This document shows, in pieces, positions 54,973 through 64,000 of a stretch of DNA of 64,000 bases. Under the pieces are notes generated by a model. That model did no database searches. It had not been told where the DNA came from and saw nothing but the letters and a program-made list of their open reading frames with translations. The DNA lies in NCBI GenBank assembly GCA_964016885.1, contig OZ024745.1:30070001-30134000 (forward strand), written 5' to 3'. Numbering within the stretch: the stretch's first letter is position 1; each line of letters begins with the position of its first letter. Position numbers and translations under genes: made by a program. The stretch comes from Eledone cirrhosa (taxonomy: Eukaryota).

Positions 54973-55455
54973 CTAATGTTTAAAAAAATTAACATAATGG
55001 CTTAAATATCATTTGAAACCATATATCACATTGAGTTTTCCCTTCATTTAATTATATACTACCAGAATGGCCCGGCGTTCCTCGGAATTTGCTCTAGGGT
55101 TCTTATAAATTTGATATATATTTACCCTTATCGAGCCTCGTGAAATAAATGAGTTTGTTTATATTTTGTTAATGTGTATGCAAAAATATCTGTACACGAA
55201 TATATAATTATATATATATATATATTTATAACAGTACAGAGAAGTACGGAATACCTCGGCCTACGGCATTTTTTAAGCCTTTTGTTTAAATCTGGCAGAG
55301 ACCAGTTCAGAATGAAATAAAACCAATTTTTTCAAAAGTAAGAAAAGAGAGTGATAGAGAGGAAGTGAGAAAAAGACAGAGAATATTGACAGCAGTACTA
55401 AACTAATAGTAACTATAACTTTTGATTTGTATGGAACATTATCCCCCTTTTATTC

Positions 55456-57258
55456 ACACAGAATTGATTCTATTAAGGATTCTAATGCTGTGCACGTCCA
55501 CTCTGATAAAACTGGCAATCTATATCAAGTGGAGCGCAGTACTTACCATCAACTGCTACATAATGCTGTAACTAAGGATTACCGGAAAACCAATCGGAGC
55601 GTCATTAATGACATCAACGATGCTGGATTTAAAATCACTTGTGAACTCAACATCCAGGACCGGACTGAACCTCTGGACCCTATTTCTCCCCTCTTTACCC
55701 TGAAGGATCACAAACCCAATTTTGCCAACAACCCCTCTATTTGGCTAATTAACCCTACGAAGTCTGATTTAGGTAGACTTAGTAAAAAGATTTTAGATAG
55801 AATTATACCTGAAATTAGAAGCTTGGCCTCTTTTGCACCGTGGAATAATTTTTTCGCGGTGATTGATTGGTTCAACGGCATATGCAACAAGGAACATTTC
55901 CGTTTTACCCAATTCGACATAAATAACTACTACTCCTCCATCACTTTACCAATTCTTCTTAGAGCTATCAATTTCGCTAAAACGCTCACGGTGTTAAGGA
56001 TTTCGAGGTTGATGTCATCCTCCATGCCCGTAAATCGGTGATTAATTTTGACGACTCTATTTGGATAAAAAAATCTAATAGTACCCTATTTGACGTGAGT
56101 ATGGGTGCCAGCGATTTGGTGGAGGTTACAGATCTTATCGGCCTTTTCCTTCTTTTCTCTATCAAGGAAGAATTCCCCAACGTGGGCGGTGGTTTGTACC
56201 ATGATGACGGTCTTTTGACCATGACAAAGTGTGGTCCACACATTTGCGACAGGTTTAGAAAAGAACTTACAGCCTTCTATAAAGGCTTCAACCTCTCCAT
56301 ACAGGTTGAGGCCAACCTCTCGGTCGTTAATTACCTCAACGTTACCCTCAATTTGTCGAATGGCTTGCACTACCCGTAGAGCAAGTCGAATAATACACTT
56401 AATTACATAAGTAAGCATTCTAACCATTCTGCCAACATAACCAAGAACCTGGTAAGAAACGTTTCTTTGAGGCTTTCCAGTCTATCTACAAATGAGCATA
56501 TTTTCACCGACCATTCCACATATTACAATGAAGCTCTTGTTTGGAGTGGATTTATTGATAAGGTAGCATATACTAAGTATGAGCCTAAACCAAGGAAAAA
56601 TAGATCCCGACGCATTATATGGTATAACCCACCATATAATATGGAGGTGGCCATACCATTAGCTAAGATCTTTCTCTCCCTTATTAAGAAGCATTTCCCC
56701 TCAGCACATAAATATAATAACATTTTTAATAGAAATACCATTAAAATATCTTACTCTATGACTCCTAACTTTGCACATAACATCACTGCTTCAAATTTAG
56801 CTAAATTACCTAGCCGTAGGAACACGTGCAACCCCGTAGCTAATACTAACTGTAATTGTAGGAATTGGGTTGACTGCCCTCTATCCGGGAAATGCCCCTC
56901 CAGTAACATTGTCTACAAATGAAAGGTCGAAACACCCACATCTAGTAGGGCCTACATAGGGTTAACCATCAATACATCCAAGCAGCGTCTTTACATGCAC
57001 ACCCATTCTTTTCTTAACCCTTTAAGAAGGAATATGACATCACTGTCAGCTTATATCTAGAGTCTAAAAGACAACCACACCCAATATAGGTTACACTGGG
57101 AGATCCTAGCTAAAGCTAGAGCGTATAACGGAAATAAAAGACCATGCGATCTTTGCGCTGCTGAAGCACTGGAAATACTCTACGCCAATGATCACATCTT
57201 AAACAAAAAATCTGAGGCAATTTCGGCTTGTAAACACAAATTGCATAAAACCTTTTAA
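55456..57258 (+). mobile_element. Penelope-like element, RT + GIY-YIG, disabled
   Basis: LKDHKPNF, LINPTKS, QFDINNYYSSI, MGA, YHDDG, NYLNVT, IIWYNPPY, CNCR..CPLSGKC; empty site in units 1 and 2. Confidence 0.9.
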
Positions 57259-58641
57259 TAAATATATATATATATATACATATACCTAGTCTGCACTGTA
57301 AATTGGTTCTATAGGTGTCACGACAAAAAACACCCAGTCCACACTGTAAGGTGGCCATATAGGTGTCATGACAAAAAACACCCAGTCCAAACAGTAAAGT
57401 TGTCATGTAGATGTTATGACAAAAAGCACCCAGTGCATATTCTAAAGTGGTCATGTAAGTGTCATGAGAAAAAGCACCCAGTACACTCTGAAAATGTGGT
57501 TGGCATTAGGAAGGACATCCAGCTATAGAAATGAGTAAAAAATCAGATCTGTGTCATCTAAACATGGTCCTCCAGCCTGGATCTCTCACAATGGGTCAGC
57601 ATGTCCTACCCTTGCTAGCATGACAATGGATGTTAAACGATGATGATGATGATAATAATGATATAAACTATTAAAAATAGTTTATCAACACAGTTGCTTG
57701 CTAACATTTTTAATAATATTTGGGTTTGTACATAACATAAACCTCTCAGTTTCCTTTGTCTATTCTATGGAAATTAAATATGTGTGTGTGTACTTGAGTG
57801 TATATTGGTAGAGCTGGTGATATGACAAAAAGCATCCAATTCTCAATGTAAGGAGATAGAAATGGTGACATAACAAAAAACACCCAGCTGATTCTGTAAG
57901 ATGGTACTGCCAGAGTCATGATAAAATTCTCCCTGTACATGCCATAAACTGAATGACATTAAGAACGGCATTCAGCCATAGAAACCATGCCAGAATGGAA
58001 TGTATGAGAGTCATCTGACCTTTCTAACCAGCTTGAGAGGGTGACAACAGAAAAATAATGATGAGGATATATATATATATGCAAGTCTACATGTTAACAT
58101 GTATCTGAGGAGCTTCCAATTCTAGAGTGATATTCTATCGTTAATCGATTGTTCCTCGAGCTGATCGGCAGTGAAACATATGTAATATGTAATTAAATAT
58201 ATGTATGATGCACCACTGATTCTTTGTCCCTTATATATATATATATATACAAGCCGGAGCTGAAGCATATAAACAATATGCTCCACCCCTCCCACTGCAA
58301 AGTGGTCGTGGAGGTGCCACGGAAAAAAAAGCACCCAGCACTCACTGTAAAGTGGATGTGTAGACGCCACAGAAAAAAAAGCACCCAGCACTCACTGTAA
58401 ATGAGGTTGGTGTTAGGAAGGGCATCCAGCTGTAGAAATGAGGCCAGAATCAGTTCCCGTTTGAGCAAGACAAAGTCAGCCTACAACAGAACAACCTGTC
58501 TAACCCATGCTAGTGTGGAAGAACAGACTTAAAACGGTGATGATGATTATGATGATGATGATGGTATATATATATATATACATATATATATATGTACACT
58601 TAAACATATACATAAATTATCTTAAAATATATCAAACATAC

Positions 58642-58689
58642 CTTCTTCTGGTGTTACCACTCCTGTTTTTATAGCAGCAAGTAGTACAT
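58642..58689 (-). CDS. Micro-exon E3, 48 nt, DVLLAAIKTGVVTPEE
   Basis: tcag|...|gtatgt, open frame. Confidence 0.85.
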
Positions 58690-60958
58690 CTGATGTTAAA
58701 AAAAATTAACATAATGGCTTACATATCATTGGAAACATTGATGTCACCCCCCCCTCATTTTAACATATATATATGTATGTATGGACACATACCTCCTAGT
58801 AGAATCATGGGGGCACTGTAGTGATATATAGTATTTCTTGGGTATTTCATTTAAACTTGGTAGAGCAGAGCTCTGTAAAAGTGTATGTACATGTCTTACT
58901 ACCAGCACCAACACAGCTTTAGAAACCAGGCCCGGAAAAATGCTACAATACTTTCCAACTGCACATGGAACCTCTGCGACAATAAATTCATCTATGAACT
59001 GAAATGGAGTGTCTTGTCCCAAGCTTAACCTTACACCAGGGGCCACCAACATGCAATTTATGCTCTCAAGAGACCATCCAAATTTTGTCTGCCAAGAAAC
59101 AACTACTTAATAGAAAGAGCTAATTTGTTACTTTGTGCAAACACCAAACTTACAAGACCTACCATAATGACCCAGGTGTGTAAGACTATTTCCCAACATT
59201 TATTACACATATCCACACAGGCGCATATACCCCTGTACGTGTACACAGTTCATGTTCACACACAACCATGTCTCTACCATAAAACCCACCAACAGTTTCC
59301 ACAAAATCACACTGAGAATCAGTATCCAAATAGATCCTCAACACATGTACAAACTCTTGCATTCATGGACACTAGGACACATAGCAGACATCTTTACATA
59401 ATATTATAGAAACATGCATATTTTTGAAGACAGATACACAAACATTTAGATATCAACCAAAGCCAATCAGCACCCCCAACACCAACACTATACACATACA
59501 CCCAGAAATAGGCTGGTATAACAACACCAATCTAACTGCTACACAACAACAACACTCACTCAGGCACTCCATTACAGAAAAACAACAACCATTCATATGC
59601 GAACCAGGCCACATACACATGCATGCACTGAAATCATAATCTAACAAAAGTGCACAACAAATACAAAATTTCAATACTACAATCTCTCTCTCTCACACAC
59701 GCACACATACCCTTACATGCTCATTGGCAGACACAGGCACACCCACATATACACATGAACATACACACCTATGCACTCACAACATTTCATAACACACACA
59801 TGTCAACACTTGTCTTACACACCCCATCAAGTACACATAACACTGAAATCTTTACCAAAATAACAACACTCACCCACACACATGCTCACATACACACACA
59901 CTCAATTTTATACTGAATTTACTTATATTTAGAATAATTTACACAGAAGTAACACTGCAGAACATATCAATTACAACAACATGCACTTACATGCAAACAC
60001 ATGCATATGCAACCTTATATACAAACCTAATGTAGCTTTAGAACAATACACGTATACATGTAAATACAAACATATGCCGGTAAAACAAAAGCACAAATAT
60101 ATTTTCTCACAACACTCACCCCATACCCCACAACAAATACAACAAACACAGTGACAACAACCCTACATCTCCAAAACAACAACAATCACAATACTGACAA
60201 GACAGTTAGTAGATATTTAATAAAACAAAAAAATAATAGGAAGGTCAGTGGTTTTGTTGATATGGGTGGGGGCATACAAAATAAGTAACTGGGTACATGT
60301 GTGTGTAGTGTCTGTGTGTAGTCCTGCTAAAATCTCTGATCCCTCCAATGCACCTTTGGAAACTACCACACACACACCAACTCAAGATGACATAGGAAAA
60401 ACATACATTCTTCATCCCTTGACAATTCTTCACCACTCCCAAACTACAATATGTCAAACCCATATTACACATTGACAATGAAACATTCACACACATACAC
60501 ACACACACACACACACAACTAATCCTTGAGAATACAATGTATAAACAATTGATTATAGACCCTACAATAATTGTTTCTACTTTTGGCACAAGGCCAGCAA
60601 TTACCCAGTACATTATTGGTACATTATTTTATCGACCCCGTAAGGATGAAAGGCAAAGTTAACCTCCAGGGGATTTGAACTCAGACCATAAAGGGCCGTA
60701 ACTATGCTAGAAAGCATGGTGTCCAATCCTCTTCCAATACTGCCAATTCACTCCCCCCCCCCTATATAGACCCTACAATAATGACCTTCAAAGGGCCAAT
60801 ATCCCCTTCTTAACCACTTATCTACTTACTCCACATGACAATCACTTCAGGCCACACCCATGATGAGAAGCTTATTTACAGCAGGGAGATATATCTCCAG
60901 TTTGGAATTTGCTGCTGAAACAGAAAGACCTCAGCCAATGGGCCCCAACTCGCTAATA

Positions 60959-61691
60959 TCATCATCGTCATCATCATCAACGTTTAACGTCCGTGTTCCA
61001 CGCTTGCATGGGTTTGGACGGGGGTTTTCCCACTTGAGGCAAGAGTGATTATCTTGCTCGCATAGGACTATCTGGCGGGTTTTCTACAGCTGGATGCCCT
61101 TCCTAACACCAACCACATTTACAGTGTGGGGCTGGGAGGTTTTTACCGTGTTGCCTACACGGCCACATTACAGCGTGGACTGTCTGGTGGGTTTTCTACA
61201 GCTGGATGCCCTTCCTAACACCAACCACATTTACAGTGTGGGGCTGGGAGGTTTTTACCGTGTTGCCTACACGGCCACATTACAGCGTGAACTGTGTGTT
61301 TTTTTGTCGTGACACCTACACGATCTCATTTGTTTCGGCCTGGATGTTGTGGCACCAACATAACTTTACATTGAAAGGGGCGGTGTGGATGGGGTGGGGT
61401 GGTGAGACGGGGTGTATTTTGTTAGAGATGCCTACTGACTGTAGTAGGTTTTACTTTGTATTTAGGTAAGGCGGGTCTTCTCTATTACTGAGTACCGCCA
61501 AAGGTCTCGGTCCAGTGACATTGTCTTGGAGAGGTGTAAGTGTGTGAGGTCGGAATTTATCAGCTCGTCCGAGGTTTTTCTGGGTCTGCCTATTCCATGG
61601 CTACCGTCTATTTTTATTGCCCTGCACTTTTTTATACAGCTGTCGTCTTTCATGCGCATCACGTGACCATACCAACGTAGCCTTCTCTCGA
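60959..61691 (-). mobile_element. 5'-truncated RTE LINE with a ~120-bp tandem duplication in the 3' UTR
   Basis: Reverse complement of 35491-36105; 61078-61190 repeated. Confidence 0.88.
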
Positions 61692-61780
61692 ATATATATA
61701 TATATATATATTATACATATATATATACATATACATATATATACACACACACACAGATATATAAATGATATTAAACATAC

Positions 61781-61825
61781 CTTTTCTAGTTTCCAGCACT
61801 TTAGTTTTTGCAGCAGCAAGTATTT
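61781..61825 (-). CDS. Micro-exon F3, 45 nt, EILAAAKTKVLETRK
   Basis: tcag|...|gtatgt; one codon shorter than F1/F2, frame kept. Confidence 0.85.
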
Positions 61826-62257
61826 CTGATGTTAGAAAAATTAACAAAATGGCTTAAATATCATTTGAAACAGCATATTGACTTTTCTCCTTTTATTATA
61901 TTATATATATATATGGACCCCAATCCCATCACTCCTCCAGATCTGAATAAAATCTATTTCCTCCAGTGTTATGAAAGAGATTGATAAAGAGGAAGTGAGG
62001 AAGAGATATGGAGGAAAAATCAACCCCAGTTCTAGATGAATATTTTTTTTATCAACCTCGAAAGAACAAATGGCAAAGTTGAACTTGGTGGGATTTGAAT
62101 TCAGAGCACAGAGAACCAAAACAAATCTTGCAAAGCAGTCTATCTGCCTTCTAACAACTCTGCCAATTTACTGCATATATTGTTTATATATATATTAAAA
62201 AAAAAGAAAGAATCTTTAAATACACTTTTCCATATCTATTTTTACCTATTATCTATG

Positions 62258-62295
<38 letters not shown>

Positions 62296-62301
<6 letters not shown>

Positions 62302-62450
62302 GGAGCTTCTACAGGACTAGTACTGTTTCATTCAGATGAAATCTTCAGGAAGCTGGGTGTCATATTAAGTTCTGAACTTAATATGACACCCAGCTTCCTG
62401 AAGATTTCATCTGAATGAAACAGTACTAGTCCTGTAGAAGCTCCTTCTAT
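62296..62450. repeat. Perfect palindrome (77-bp arms, 1-nt centre at 62373), probably an inverted Penelope pseudo-LTR
   Basis: Exact reverse-complement arms containing CTGAAGA-N12-GAAAC. Confidence 0.85.
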
Positions 62451-62528
62451 AAAATAAAAATTTTTTACTCTGCCATGTATTGAGTACCTTACTTACTGTG
62501 GTTATCCCCGACTCAACCCGGGACCTAC

Positions 62529-62578
<50 letters not shown>

Positions 62579-63369
62579 ACTAGAGATTGGTTAACATATA
62601 AATAAACATGAATAATCACAGGAGATAATTTTTACAAGTGTGTAACCACACATAGCTAGGTAGGTAACTAAATAAAGTTGACCAGAACTTCAAAAATAGA
62701 TACCTTATAATATGATTAATCTTTCCTGTATATATTCCATTAAAGAAATATATTTCACCAATTAATCAGATGGTAAACCAAAGAAGTGGAGACTTGGATT
62801 TTCAACAAGGAAGATTATTCATGTTTATTTATATGTTAATCAATCTCTAGTTATTATAAAATGCTCGGACCTACTCGTTAGAATCTTAGAGCTTATTTTG
62901 TGGGTGATATGGCGCATGTCTTTCTGGCATGACACCCATAATTTTGATTTAGATTAAATTTGTTTGATTTATCTTAATTTTGGATATATATATATATATA
63001 TAAAAATATACACACACACACTCTGTAAGGTCATAGTGCTGGTCCCATAAAAAAAAGCGCGCTATCCAATCTGTTACGAGATAAAACTGGTAACATGATG
63101 AAAAACACCCAGCTGATTCTGTAAGATGGTACTGCCAGAGTCATTATAAAATGGTCCCTGTGCAAGCCATGAATTGGATGACATTAGGAAGGGCATTCAG
63201 CCATAGAAACCATGCTAGAATGGAATGTATGAGCAGAAGACAGTCATCTGACCTTCCTACCCAGCCACAGGATGTGACAACATGTCTGACACATACAACA
63301 TCGAAAATAGACATAATATGCTAATCGAATAATAATGAGGATATATATATATATATGTATTAAACATAC

Positions 63370-63420
63370 CATTTTCCTGCGTCCACACTCCTTCCATTTT
63401 TGCAGCACTAAGTATTATAT
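63370..63420 (-). CDS. Micro-exon G3, 51 nt, DIILSAAKMEGVWTQEN
   Basis: ttag|...|gtatgt, open frame. Confidence 0.85.
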
Positions 63421-63519
63421 CTAATGTTGAAAAAATTAACAAAATAGCTTAAATAGCATTTGAAACAACATATTACATTGACTTTCCCTTCCTCATAGTA
63501 TATATATATATATATAAGG

Positions 63520-64000
63520 CTGGCGAAACATGGAAAAGAGACACCAGCTGGTCTGAAAACACTGTACCCACAACAACTGACAATAAAGAAACTGAAAAAA
63601 CTCTGGGAAACTAAATCAGAACAACCTGCCATCCCCTGCACATAATCATAGACTGGAATCAAGGTACAAATTGTTGTCCTTGAATGCACGTAGTCTATGC
63701 AATAAGATTCATCTTTTTCCCTCCTCCGTCAAAAGTATCAACCCTGACTTCATTACAGTCACGGAAACTTGGGCACATCCCTTACTCTGTGATGGGGTTT
63801 TCAGCAGGACTGGCTACAACCTGTTTCGTAAAGACCGCATTAATCGTGGTGGTGGTGGTGTAATGGTCTACGTTCGGTCAAATCTGTCGGCAATTCCTTG
63901 TGCTGATTTGAACCAATCACAGCAGGAAGTTTTTTTCTGGGATATACATATGACCATGTCAACACTGCTACTTGGAGTCGTTTACCGTCCCCCCAAATTA
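63520..64000 (+). mobile_element. Start of a CR1/L2-group LINE ORF2 (APE endonuclease), runs off window
   Basis: LNARSLCNK, ITVTETW, GYNLFRKDR..RGGGGVMVYV, LGVVYRPP. Confidence 0.82.

Larger units (their letters stand above)
4585..63420 (-). other. Internal segment of a large intron-rich gene made of 25 tandem paralogous micro-exons (repeat protein, identity unknown)
   Basis: 25 segments share AG acceptor, GT donor (mostly GTATGT), length 45/48/51 nt and an open phase-1 frame; total 1248 nt = 416 codons. No start or stop exon identified in the window. Confidence 0.85.
47056..64000. repeat. Higher-order tandem unit 3 (partial; exons A3-G3)
   Basis: 47056-47520 matches 2529-2990; the same exon series follows and runs off the window end. 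Confidence 0.9.

Noticed and set aside
4585-63420. CRISPR-like array (constant flanks around variable ~50-nt cores)
   Set aside because: Eukaryotic context, kb-scale irregular spacing, no cas genes; the cores are homologous to each other and bounded by splice signals.
2529-64000. Triplication as an assembly artefact
   Set aside because: Units differ by several percent substitutions and by many private TE insertions with empty sites in the other units.

Overview
AT-rich, microsatellite-laden animal genomic DNA. The SINE/LINE repertoire resembles that of octopus (inference from recalled repeat motifs, not a database search). The ORF track shows only transposon relics: Penelope-like, Tx1/L1, RTE, CR1/L2 and CRE-like. 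SINEs, a hAT-type element and Helitron-like ends are also present. Hidden among them on the minus strand is an array of 25 paralogous micro-exons (45, 48 or 51 nt). All are GT-AG flanked, symmetric phase 1-1 and stop-free in one frame, and each encodes a 15-17 aa motif (consensus ~E-I-L-x-A-A-x-K-K-G-V-L-T-P-E-E). They form a 9-exon (450 nt, 150 aa) higher-order unit of ~21-23 kb, present about 2.8 times. Between units 1 and 2 the exons have diverged faster than a sampled intron, mostly by amino-acid-changing substitutions. A ~60-nt intronic block upstream of each acceptor is better conserved than the exons. This suggests part of a large gene with a diversifying micro-exon cassette array; its start, stop and any other exons were not found in the window.
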